NCBI RefSeq assembly: GCF_006345805.1
Contig: NC_043017.1
Coordinates: forward strand, 21,700,001-21,764,000
From: Octopus sinensis
Taxonomy: Eukaryota
Direction of reading: 5' to 3'
Length of the DNA: 64,000 bases
Shown here: positions 49,996-62,229 of the stretch, piece after piece
Position numbering within the stretch: position 1 is the first letter of the stretch
Layout: the number at the start of each line of letters is the position of its first letter
The notes under the pieces: model-generated
The model's database searches: none
What the model was told of the DNA's origin: nothing
What the model saw: the letters and a program-made list of their open reading frames with translations, nothing else
Program-made: the position numbers and the translations under genes

Positions 49996-50590
49996 ATGTA
50001 TGTATGTATGTATACACACACACACACACACACATATATATAGGTGTGTGTGTATCTATACACAGGCATCTACATGCATTTATATGTGAGAGAGAGAAAT
50101 AATGGTGGATATTTCTGTAGATTATATATATAATTTTCTCTGGCTATGTCTATAAATGAAGTATATGTGCGTATGTGTATATATATACACACACACACAC
50201 ACATTCAGACAGGCGTTCACAAGAGGTTGGCTGGCAATACATAATTAGTCTTTCGTTATCTTTTTTTTTTTGTTAGTTACATCGCATTTTACCTTTAATA
50301 ATACATCACAATTTTTTTTTATGTTGTGTTTTCTTTTGATATTTACTCAGTTTTTCATTTTTTGCTTTTGTTTATAGCCAATATTTTTTTTTTGTCCTCA
50401 GCCTTTACAGAACATTTCCATACATTTTATAGTATCACGTTATGTTATTTTTCGTGTAACTTCAATAGTACACTATGTTCCACTGGTTAAGATAATTAGT
50501 AATATTTTTTCCTATTGTTTTCCCTGATTATATTTATTTGTCCGTTTTTCTCTGTTCTAATTTGGTCATTTTCTTTATATATATATATAT
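49110..50590. repeat. Near-identical ~736-bp tandem duplication bounded by (TA)n
   Basis: acgtacatac at 49141 and 49877; tcattttctt at 49831 and 50566; differences are mostly homopolymer or microsatellite lengths. Confidence 0.95.
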
Positions 50591-50916
50591 ATATACATAT
50601 AATTGTTTTCTTTGAATACTAAATCTACTAGACAGCTGGTGTTGTAATTACCATTGTGATAGCCAGCTGGTATTTGATTTATTCCGCCCTTAAAATTTTT
50701 GTCTCCTATTCCTAGAAATGATAATAAAGGTAGTCTTTTGTAGTAATGTTTAAATTACAGACCCTCCGTAATAAATCATCTTTGTTTGCTAACAGAATTA
50801 TCCCTGCAAAACAGCAGTTGTTGCTTCCATTCAGAGGATTTCAGGACATTCCAGTTTGGTTAGATTTATAATGTAGAGAGTGTATTCAACACAACTGGTA
50901 ACAATTTTTGTATTCT

Positions 50917-51395
50917 TCAAGAAGAATGGTATTAAAAGTTTGGTCATGACACCACTCAAGAAGAATGGTGTCAAAGTATGAATTGTATTGAATTATTTGA
51001 TAATGATACCATTTAACCCTTTAGTATCTAAACCGGCCATATCCGGCCAAAATAGTTAATCTGTTTTATGTTCAAACTGACCAGATCCAGGCTCTCACAC
51101 CTACCCTACAATGTTATTCTACATTAAGTAATTACACCATCAAGATCTTGAAGATATGAGAAAATGCATGATTAATTCAAATCAATGGGAATCAAAAGGC
51201 ATTATGTTTGATAGAATAATCTGAACGCTAAAGGGTTAAGGAAGTATAAAAGTTTGAACGGTGTGAAAATTTTTTATCATTACACCAATTCAAGAAAAAT
51301 AGTATCAAGGTTTGAATGGTATCAAAAGCTTTATTATTGGTACCATTCAAAAACAAAAATGGTATCAAAGTTTAAAGGGAATGAAAATATTTGAG
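50917..51395. repeat. Old ~56-bp minisatellite interrupted by a MITE
   Basis: Recurrent tcaagaagaatggtatcaaagtttgaa...accat units at ~50917, 50956, 51290 and 51346. Confidence 0.7.
51017..51235. mobile_element. 219-bp piggyBac-like MITE
   Basis: TTAA|CCCTTTAG ... CTAAAGGG|TTAA (TSDs at 51013-51016 and 51236-51239). Confidence 0.85.
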
Positions 51396-52021
51396 CTCCA
51401 TTTCAATTTTGCTTTTATTTTTGTATCTCTTTGTTGTAATTGTCATGTGATCTGATTCGAGACTGGGAGATAAATACAACAACTGCATTTTGATAGAGTC
51501 ATGCTGACAATTTATAGCACACATGTACTGTAACATTCACATTCATTTCACTGCTTTCACATTCCTCCTCTTGTACCATGAGAGGTGAATCCAAATATCC
51601 TATAACCATCATCTATTTCTCTCCTTTTCCAACTGGGGGTAGCCATTTCTCTCCTCTTACAGCCAGATACCTGCACCAATCCCTCTGTCATACTCTTGCC
51701 TCTCAACACCTGACATAAAACATCTCCTTCGATACCCCACCCCCATCAGTTAAGCTACTTAGTGATCTCACAAGTACTGCTGACATGAGAAGGCACCCAG
51801 AACACTCTGCAAAGGGGCTGGTATTAAGAAGGGCTTCCAGCTATAGAAACCATGCCAAAACAAATAGTGGAGCTTAACTCAGTTCTGTGACTTGTACGAG
51901 TGACAGATTCATTTTCAGCAAACATTCTTGTGAAGAGAATGTTTAAACATGGCAATGCAATTTAAAACATAATCACTGCAAGAATGAATTCTCAATGCAG
52001 GTACTTACATAAAAGGTAGAG

Positions 52022-52093
52022 CATGGTGGCAGGTCAGATGAGCTGACCTTGCGGGCAGGATCCGACCTGTGAACCACAGCTTGGTGGCCCCTG
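52022..52093. mobile_element. Possible hAT-Charlie-like MITE remnant
   Basis: gcgggcaggatccgacctgtg..ttggtggcccctg resembles Charlie/MER5-type right ends; TSD unclear. Confidence 0.4.
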
Positions 52094-52247
52094 CTCTAAG
52101 TTCAAATTCTACTGAGGTCAACTTTGCTTTTCAACTTTCTGGGGATAATAAAATAAGTACCAGTTGAACACTGGGGTCGATGTAATCATCTTAAACCTTC
52201 TCTTCAAATTACTGGTCTTGTGAAAATATTTGCAACTATCATTATTA

Positions 52248-52408
52248 GCTTACAGCCATATCACATTGCACCGTCAAGCCTATTTAGAACTTAGATGGAT
52301 GACAGCTTGGGAAACCTAGGTGCTGTAAGCATCTCACATCTGAAAGGGGGTGCTCCAGCATGGTCCCAGCTTTTGGTTGAATTCAGTAAAAGATCAAAGA
52401 TAAAAGAT
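52248..52408 (+). mobile_element. 5S rRNA-headed SINE (SINE3-like) with the family A tail
   Basis: Internally deleted 5S with perfect helix I GCTTACAGC (52248-52256) / GCTGTAAGC (52322-52330) and box C-like tagatggatgac, followed by ggggtgctccagcatgg..(aaagat)n. Confidence 0.8.
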
Positions 52409-53445
52409 GACCAGCACCAATGAAATCAATGAAGGCATGGCTTAGTGCATAACCAGAGACGAATAATGACCAGCCGATGAGATGAGCATCCACACACTCC
52501 CTGTCAACCCAGTTTTACTCACAAATTTGGAATCAACCTGAAATTACAATAAAACTCATTTAAGAAACCAAACAGTGATATCAAACCCAATACCTCAGAG
52601 TTGCAAATCGATCTTCCTACCCATTTCACGGTATTATTATACATTAGTAAACTCACAGATACAAACATAGTGACATTGTTACGGCTTTTGTAAAACCTGG
52701 TAATTAGTCTCCACACTTTTACATTGGACCTACTGTGATGATGGAGATGATTTACTCAAGTTTTTGAAATACGTATAAACCATAGTCACTCAGGGGAGAT
52801 GCCATATTTTGACTCAAAACAGAGAGAAAAGTTGACATGCATTCACAAGTCTGTCTCAGTTGCTCTTTTCATTAGCATTACAAAGCAAACTTCAACAAGT
52901 CTCAACAAAATGAATACATAAATTTAAACACACACACACATACTCACACACAAACACACATAAACTACTGCGATGTCCCAGTACACTGCAAAAACAATCA
53001 ATCTTTTACACACCATTAAACAGAAACACACTAAAAGCTATAGATTTTTTTATTAGCTACACTAAAATTCTATCCTTCAACTCTTCGCAATGAACATTTT
53101 AACAAGCTATTAAAACTGTGTGGCCTTGATTAATTTCATTGTCTTTTAAATTTCATTTCGGAAAAACTTGATTAAGGAAAAATAAAATAAATTAAAACAA
53201 TTTATATATATATATAAGTATGTATATGTGTGTGTATATATATATACATATATAAGATATATATATATAGATATACATGGATATATATGAATATATATAT
53301 ATATATATACATATGTATATGTGCACATACACACACACATATATATATATACATATATATAAATACATGTATATATATGCATACATATATATATATATAG
53401 AGAGAGAGAAAGAGAGACTTGTTGACTCCAACTTTCTCAATTATG

Positions 53446-53479
<34 letters not shown>

Positions 53480-53846
53480 TATATGACAAATGATAATTAT
53501 TATTTATACAAAGAGATAATTTTTGTAATTGATCATTTGATCAGTTTTAAATTGATTTTGCTCGTCAAATTGCTAACACCCTCCCCACCTTTTTGCAAGA
53601 GAACAAAGTCTACAGTGAATAAAACTCCTCGCAATAGTTTATTCTTATTCATTTTTAAAAACTGAAATTTATTCAACTGTCAACGTTGTGTATTTGTCTG
53701 CTACAACATTGGGACAGTGGTGGACAAGTGGTTAGAACATTAAGACATAACAAATGGTAATAAATATGGAGAGTTTGAATCCAGTCTATTAAAATACAGC
53801 GCTGCATTGTAAATATGGTTTTGTGAAAGCTTACAAAGGGTGCTGT

Positions 53847-54175
53847 GAAGGTGCATGGCTCAGTGGTTAGAGCATCGGGCTTACAATCATGAGGTAGTGA
53901 GTTCGATTCCTGGAATGGGCTGTGTGTTGTGTTCTTGACCAAGACACTTTTCCTCAGGTTGCTTGAGCTCACTCAGTTGTAGAAATGAGTTGCAATGTGA
54001 CTGATGCTGAGCTGTATCGGCCATTGTTTTTTCCCTTGGATAACATTGGTAACAAGGAGAGAGGAGATTGGTATGCATGGGCGACTGCTGGTCTTCCATA
54101 AACAACCGTACCTCGGAGGGGAACTTTCTAGGTGCAATCCCAAGATCCTTCATGACCAAAATGGGTTTTGACCCT
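53847..54175 (+). mobile_element. tRNA-derived SINE family E
   Basis: A box tggctcagtgg, B box gagttcgattcc, unique body ending gggaactttctaggtgcaatccc. Confidence 0.85.
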
Positions 54176-54178
54176 TTA

Positions 54179-54347
54179 CAAGGGGTGCTGAAATGTCCTA
54201 TGATTTTATGCAACATATTCCCTTCTCTGATTCACACACTTATTGCACCAGTTCTTCAGTTCTTCTAAGCCCTGTAATAGAACATGGAAGGTTGGTCCTC
54301 CAACCTTCCAATACCCTTAAAGCCAGGAACTTTTTAGCACAACCTTG
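54179..54347 (-). mobile_element. Mariner-derived MITE
   Basis: Imperfect TIRs caaggggtgctgaaatgtcct / aggaactttttagcacaaccttg around a transposase C-terminal remnant (NKCVNQRREYV). Confidence 0.75.
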
Positions 54348-55149
54348 TTCTTTTAGAATAGCTGAACCATATGTCTAAATGTTGTTGGAGTTAACTACAA
54401 GGGTTGGCATCTGGAAGGGTATCTGGTAGTAAAACACTGCCTCAAAAAAAGACAAGCAATACAAGAAATACAATCCAATCCAACTCATGCCAGAATGAAA
54501 AGGCAGACTTAAGAATAACGACGATGATGGTGATGATGATGACGACGACGACGACGACGATGATGATAATGATAATGATGATGTTGATGATGACGATGTT
54601 GATAATGAGGATGATGTTGACAATGATGGTGATGATGACGACGATGACGATAATGACGATGATGATGATGATGATGATGATGATTATCTTGACGATATTG
54701 ATGATATTTTTTATGACTTACTAAGTGAAGAATAGAAAGAGCAGGGCAGGAGCCATAAGATTTTACTATCTCTGGACCAATGTCTGTGAATCTAGCATGT
54801 CTCACAAATAAGAAACATTAAAAACCAACGGTATTAACAACATAACATGACATATCGTTATTAAAAACATAACATATTGTATTAACAATGTAACAAAATG
54901 AGTCACATTCTGATAATAATAATTTTGAGAGAAAAAGAAACCAAAACAAAAAATGAATAATTAAAATAGGGCAGATGTGGCTGTGTGTTAAAGAAGCTTG
55001 CTTTGCAATACGGTGGTTTTGGGTTCAGTCCCACTGTACACCACCTTAGGCAAGTGACTTCTGCTATATTTCCAGGCTGACCAATCACTTGTGAGTGAAT
55101 TTGGTTGAAAAAAGGAGTATAGAAAGAAGCTCATCCTGTATTTCGTCAT

Positions 55150-55572
55150 CATCTTCTTCATCGTCCTTTAACATCTGTTTCCCATGCTGGCATGGGCAGG
55201 ATGGTTTGAGAGAAGTTGGCAGAGCCAGGAGGTGCATCAGGTTCCATTGTCTGTTTGGACATGGTCTCTACTGCTGGATGCCCTTCCTAACACCAACCAC
55301 TTTACAGAGTGTACAGGGTGCTTTTTTTGTACATGGTATCAATACCAATGCTTTCTATATGGCATCAGCAAATGTTTTGTACATGGCACCAGCATCAATG
55401 TTTTCTTTTACATGGCATCAGTATCAATGTCTTTTACTTGGCTCCAGCATCAGTTTTTTTTTTTACATGGTACCACCATCAGTGTTTTTTACATGGCACC
55501 AGTACCTTTGTTTTTTACTTGATGCCAGCATCACTGATTCTTATGTGGCATCCAGCACCAGTGTGTTTTACA
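55150..55572 (-). mobile_element. Family C element with ~10 degenerate 24-25 bp internal repeats
   Basis: Units tttacatggcaccagcatcagtgt repeated at 55327-55570 next to ctggatgcccttcctaacaccaaccac. Confidence 0.8.
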
Positions 55573-57063
55573 GTGGTATCGACTGTGACAGAGTCACCAA
55601 CTAATTTGCAAGACAAAAACCTCTCAAGCTGGAGGTGGGAGTCGTATTAAGTGTGGTGGCTTTGTGTCAGCTGTGGAAACCTTGCCAAAACAGACATAGA
55701 AACTGGTGCAACCCTCTAAATTGTCTCGTTGAAATGTGCAGCAATGATGGTGTGTGTGCGTGTATTTCTCCCTCTCTCCTTGTCTTGACATTGGATGATT
55801 GTCAGAAAAGAGTGTCATCACCATACAAGCAAAGTCCCTCGTTTCCAGTCTTCTGCGAAAAACTTATCAGGCCATGGGGAAACACAGGCTTTGCTACAAG
55901 ATCAGCAATTCCAGGAGAAGTGGGTAAGTCGATTACATCGACCCCAGTCCTCAACTGATACTTTTTTTATCAACCCTGAAAGGATGAAAGGTAAAGTTGA
56001 CCTTGGCTGTGTTTGAACACAGAACATAAAGATTGAAGAAAGCATTTCGCCCAATGTGCTAACGATTCGGCCAGCTTGCCACCCCAAGACCATGGAGAAA
56101 CATTACCTTGATTGAAAATAGGGCATGGGTTGGTCACATGAAGGGCATCCAGCCATGCAAAATCTACTTTGATGATTTCTGAATCACCTATGCAAAATCT
56201 ACTTTGATGACTTCTGAATCACCCATGCAAACATAGAGAAGTGTATGTTAAATCAACGATAACGAAGAAGATGATGAGGAGGAATGCATAATTTTTGGAG
56301 GGTACATTTAGTTGTTATTTCAAGCAGGCTGATTAACAGTATAAGGGCTCCATCTTGACAGAAGAGGCAAGAAGTGAGTGAAGCCATCATAAATACATAT
56401 GTGAAAATTCAATGTGTGGAGACAAGTGAGTCAGGGATTGTTTACAAGTGTCAACACAATGTGGCAAAGAGAAGAGAAGGAAGGAACTGTCTGATGGAGA
56501 TGACAGCTGAGTCTCCTTAAAAAGTGGTTCCACTGAAATAACATGGGAACAATATTGTAATCTGGTCTCTCCTTGACAATTCCAAACAGAGAGAGAAAGA
56601 GAAGATGAGAGGGAAACACAGACAGATAACAAACACACACACACACCGATGGAATATATATATATATATATTATATCATATTATATATTTTATATGCATA
56701 TATAATATATGAATTATATATTATACTTATGTATATAATATATATATGTGTGTGTCTATATATATATTATGTAATAAATATACAGAGAAATATTATATGC
56801 AATATATATATATATATATATATATTTCTTATTTGTATTATTTCATATATACATATAAGTAATATATATATATATATATATGAAAATGATGAGAGGAAAG
56901 TGTAAATAAAGAATTTATTAAGTTTGGAGTTTGGTGATGAAATATATAAAACAATAAAACTGAATAACTTTAACCATACACATGTCCCCATTTATATATA
57001 CATATAAATACATATATATATATACTTACATATACATGGTTATACACATGCTCACACACACTA

Positions 57064-57117
<54 letters not shown>

Positions 57118-57470
57118 CACACAGACATAAACATACATTTATCACGTATCATATAGATACATGTAGACAGAAACAAAAGTAAAACTAAAAGCAGACAAGA
57201 AAAGATATTTAAAAAAATATAAAAATTAAAAGACGTCTGAATTTTGACACAAAAACTAAAAAGCTGGTATATTCTGACAGGAAGCCTGTCATAGAAGAAC
57301 CAAAACTGTCTTCAAATGTGTTGAAAAGAAACAGTCGTTATATTGAAAAGAAAGGGAAAATGACCTGTGTAAGGCTCGACAAATTCCAAGGAAGGAAAAT
57401 AAAATTGCAGCAGACAATTGTGAAAAAAAAAGTGAATAAATAAATAAAATAGGTAATATGGATAAAAATG

Positions 57471-57964
57471 GGCATGGCTGTGTGGATAAGGAGCTGACTT
57501 TGCAACTATGATGATGTGGGTTCAATCCCACAGTGTGGCTTCTTGGGTGAATGTCTTTTAATATAGCCCTGGGCCAACCAATGCCTTGTGAGGGAAGTTG
57601 GTGGGTGGAAATTATGTAGAAGCCAGTTGTGTGTGCAGGATTGGCTGTGAGGTTAAGAAGTTCTTTTTGCAACCATATGGCTTTGGGTTCAGTCCCACTA
57701 TCCAGTACATTGGGCAAGTGTCGTTCTCTATAACTTCAGATAAACCAATGCTATATGAATGAAAATGGTAGATGGAAACTGCGTAAAGCCCACTGCTTAT
57801 GCAGACTTTACTGTGTGATTAATAAGCTTGCTTTGCAAGCATGGTGTTTCCAGTTCAGTCCCACAGTCCAGCATCTTGGGTAAACACCTTCTATGATACC
57901 CTGAGACTGACAAAGGTCCTGTGAGCGAATGTGGCAGAGTGAAACTGTGTAGAAGCCTTTCATA

Positions 57965-57998
<34 letters not shown>

Positions 57999-58063
57999 CA
58001 CACACACACACACACATACACACACACATACATACATATATATATATATAGATATATATATGC

Positions 58064-58113
<50 letters not shown>

Positions 58114-58350
58114 ATGTATACATATATATAAGCATGTCTTTGTATGTGTGAATCTTCGTGCTTGTGTCTGTCTCTTGATAACTGGTGGTGGTTTGTTTAT
58201 ATCCCAATAAATTAGTGTTTCAGCTAAAGAGACTGAGACTCGAAAATAAAATAAGTACCGGGGCGGGGGTCAGTTCGTTCAACTAAAACCATTCCAGACA
58301 GTGCTCCAGCATGGCTGCACTGAATGACTGGAAGAGATGAGAGATAAAGA
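57471..58350 (+). mobile_element. Family A SINE with three tandem heads
   Basis: The head unit (..ctgtg..taag..gggttca.tcccac..aaact..agaagcc) starts at ~57471, ~57640 and ~57808; a single tail lies at 58150-58350. Confidence 0.8.
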
Positions 58351-58980
58351 TAAATAGAGACATGAGTATTTCTTCATTTGATGTCTCCAAAGACAAGATG
58401 TCAGTTGAATTAGAAAAACATTTTGGTTTCTATTTAAGAATGTCTGAGATTTTGGAATAAAATTGTCCTAGTACATGATGAATATCTTAGTATATACACA
58501 AACATACATGTGTATGTGTGTGTATGTGTGTGTGTGTGTTGTGTGTGTGTGTATGTATACATATATATAAGCATGTCTTTGTATGTGTGAATCTTCGTGC
58601 TTGTGTCTGTCTCTTGATAACTGGTGGTGGTTTGTTTATATCCCAATAAATTAGTGTTTCAGCTAAAGAGACTGAGACTCGAAAATAAAATAAGTACCGG
58701 GGCGGGGGTCAGTTCGTTCAACTAAAACCATTCCAGACAGTGCTCCAGCATGGCTGCACTGAATGACTGGAAGAGATGAGAGATAAAGATAAATAGAGAC
58801 ATGAGTATTTCTTCATTTGATGTCTCCAAAGACAAGATGTCAGTTGAATTAGAAAAACATTTTGGTTTCTATTAAGAATGTCTGAGATTTTGGAATAAAA
58901 TTGTCCTAGTACATGATGAATATCTTAGTATATACACAAACATACATGTGTATGTGTGTGTATGTGTGTGTGTGTGTGTG
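58090..58980. repeat. Near-identical ~439-bp tandem duplication bounded by (GT)n
   Basis: agcatgtctttg at 58131 and 58570; one 1-nt indel in the unique part. Confidence 0.95.
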
Positions 58981-59661
58981 TTTATTATGTTTTGTGATTT
59001 TTATGAAACTACATAAAAATGGTTCTTTTTGAAATTATTAAAACATCTTTAAAATTTATTTATATATTTAGTGGTAAGTCTATGTTTTAACCTGATTCTT
59101 ACATATATGTGTTTTTAGATCTAAACAAATTATATTCCATACATACACACAAAGCTACTAAACTATACACCCATGCATACACACAGACATACATTCTTAA
59201 ACGTTTGTGTTTGCTTACACACACATGGATATACATATATATTTCAGTTGATAGATAGCTATGTATATACATATGCATATAAAAATGTATATACATTGTT
59301 GTATATTTGATTATGTATATTTACATATATGTACATAAATGTCTACATAATTTATCTATATGGTTATGTATATATGAATATGTACATGAGCAGGTGTATT
59401 GATCTAGCTTGCACAACATCGCTCTACACTTAAACTACATATATGAATTATATAGACCTTATATGTATATGTATATATGTATATAAACATCATCACCATA
59501 TATATATCTATATATATGTGTGTGTGTATACATATATGTACATATGTATGTACGTATGTATGTATGTATGTATGTGTATGTATTATATATATGTATGTAT
59601 GTATATATATATATATATATATATGTAGGTATATATGTATATATGTATATTTATATGTATG

Positions 59662-59696
<35 letters not shown>

Positions 59697-59707
59697 GTTT
59701 GTATATA

Positions 59708-59738
<31 letters not shown>

Positions 59739-60162
59739 GTGTGTGCGTGCGTGCGTGCATACGTGTGTGTGTAGTAATTTAATTGGACAGATGCTGCAAA
59801 AATTTAAAGATCAGTTTTAGCAATGGGTTAAAGTTTATTTTCTGTCTGCAGTGACAACATCAGCAATCTATCAGGAATCTGGGATAAAGAAGAAAAAACC
59901 GTTTTGAACAAATGACTTTTGACTCGACTCTCATGTTGTTACATAGATCTATGTGTGATGTTTTGATATTTATGTGGATTTTAACATACATGTATGCATA
60001 GACATAGAATTGCATGTATATATATATATGTATTCAGGAATAGGCTATTAGTATATATAACGGCTGCAGTTTTATATATTTACACACACATATGCATGTG
60101 TGTGTGTGTGTGTACATATATATATATCATCATCATCATCATCATCATGATATATATGCACG

Positions 60163-60415
60163 TAAGTGCCGGTGGCACATAAAAAGCACCATCCGTTCGT
60201 GGCCGTTTGCCAGCTCTGTCTGGCACCTGTGTGGGTGGCACGTAAAAAGCACCCACTACACTCACGGAGTGGTTGGCGTTAGGAAGGGCATCCAGCCGTA
60301 GAAACACTGCCAGATTTGACTGGGCCTGGTGCAGCCTTCTGGCTTCACAGACCCCAGTAGAACCGTCCAACCCATGCTAGCATGGAAAACGGACGCTAAA
60401 CGATGATGATGATGA

Positions 60416-60420
<5 letters not shown>
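60163..60420 (+). mobile_element. Family C element 3' end
   Basis: gtgccggtggcacataaaaagcacc..gaagggcatccagcc..ctaaacgatgatgat. Confidence 0.9.
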
Positions 60421-60468
<48 letters not shown>

Positions 60469-60471
60469 AGT

Positions 60472-60826
60472 ATTACATTTCTAAATATCTCAGGGAGATA
60501 TAAACAGCAGTGGTATGATAGAGTCAACTTAATGTGACAGTCCCATAAAGGGAATCAAACTACTGCTATTTAACCCTAGGAAGCATTAATGCTTCCTGTC
60601 AGTCTTGACACATTTCCTGTGTCCTTATGTTTACAAGGCCTAGACAAGCATCTCCAACTACCAGGCCATGCTACTCCAGACTGATGACAAGCAAGACTCA
60701 GAAACTAGTCTCTGGATGTAGGCTTAGCTGGGTGGGGGTGCTTGTCTCCCCCTTGTAAACATAAGGACACAGGAAATGTGTCAAGGCTGACAGGAAGCGT
60801 TGATGCTTCCTAGGGCTAAATAGCAT
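60472..60826 (+). mobile_element. Fold-back element with central hammerhead, copy 2
   Basis: Arms 60565-60667 / 60721-60825; 60675-60716 reads TCCAGA CTGATGA caagcaagactca GAAA CTAG TC TCTGGA. Confidence 0.85.
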
Positions 60827-61145
60827 TATGCACCACTTCCTTCATATCTTCATCTGTAGGCAATCGACGAACTTGTAAACCATTTTTGAGCAGTTTAAAG
60901 ATATGATAGTTGGAAGGGGTAGGATCTGGGCTGTAGGTAGGGTTTACCAGCACCTCAAAACCCAATTGGTCAATAGTTTCAATGGTCTGGATGACCGTAT
61001 GGGGCGTGCAATGTTATGCAACAACAAAACTTTCTTTGACAATAGGCTTCAGCATTTGGTGTAAATTGCTAGCTTCAGTTTGTTTGCCAGCAAAACACTA
61101 TATCTTTCACTGTTAAGCATAGACCCCTTTTCCAGAGAAATCAGA
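60826..61145 (-). pseudogene. Mariner transposase fragment
   Basis: LISLEKGSMLNSERYSVLL..KKVLLLHNIARP / PHTVIQTIETIDQLGFEVLVNPTYSPDPTPSNYHIFKLLKNGLQVRRLPTDEDMKEVVH: degenerate HDNARPH and YSPDLAPSDY motifs, with a stop and a frameshift. Confidence 0.9.
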
Positions 61146-61973
61146 CTCCTGCTCTTTGTTCTTCTTTGGTGCACATTGCTAGTGGAGCAGCCCTGCTTAC
61201 ACTGTAAAGCCAGAAATAAAAATGGTGTGATCAGGCTCATACTTTGATCACATGACCACAATAATATTAACTATGAGCATGCATCTTCAGAAAGCAGTGT
61301 GACAATAATGAAGATATGTTATGACAAAAGTACGGATAATTTTTGACTTCCTCTCGTATATTGAGTTCTAACACTCAGTTATTTGTAAGGCAAACCTTAA
61401 GCAAAGTAATATAGACAAACAGATAGCCTGACAGACAAATAGATATTAACATATGTATGCTTAAAATGAAGAAACTTCTAATGACATACGCATGTAGCAA
61501 TCTGTATTTTATATATATCATAATCCCTGAATACATAGAGAAATAAATAAGTGAAAAATTACAATCACTTCCCACTAAAACCCTCCCCTTATATACGCCA
61601 TTCAAACAAAAATCACAAATACCAACAGTTTTTCTATGATTATTTCTGAGCTGAGTTTAAAGTAGCTGATCATTTTCTTTGCTACATTTTAGAAAGGCAA
61701 GTGTAACAATACAAAATATTAAAACAAATAATAATAATAATAATAATATAATAATAATAATATAATAATAATAATAATAATGATAATAATAATAATAATA
61801 GAATATTCAATTTTTTTTTAATGCTGCTATCTGCCATTCCAATAGCAGCTAAAATCATGGTACTTCTGGATAAATGTTTACAGAAGAAATAATAATCTCA
61901 ATATCTGTATGAGCGATCAAAGGACAACACATATAGATTTAAAGAAAGAGAAAACAAGAAAAGATAATGTAGA

Positions 61974-62025
<52 letters not shown>

Positions 62026-62191
62026 GTATATATATACATACATACACACACACACACATATATGTATATATTTATGTAACTATATATATATGTATAAATA
62101 TATGTATGCATTGAGAGATAGATAAATAGAAAGATACACAAACACATATAAATACTTGCGTGTTTATACATATTTATATGTATGTGTGTAT

Positions 62192-62229
<38 letters not shown>

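Noticed and set aside
54404-54805. Met-rich or His-rich ORFs resembling reflectin or metal-binding proteins
   Set aside because: They are (GAT/GAC)n trinucleotide tails of a family C element; no reflectin motif is present.
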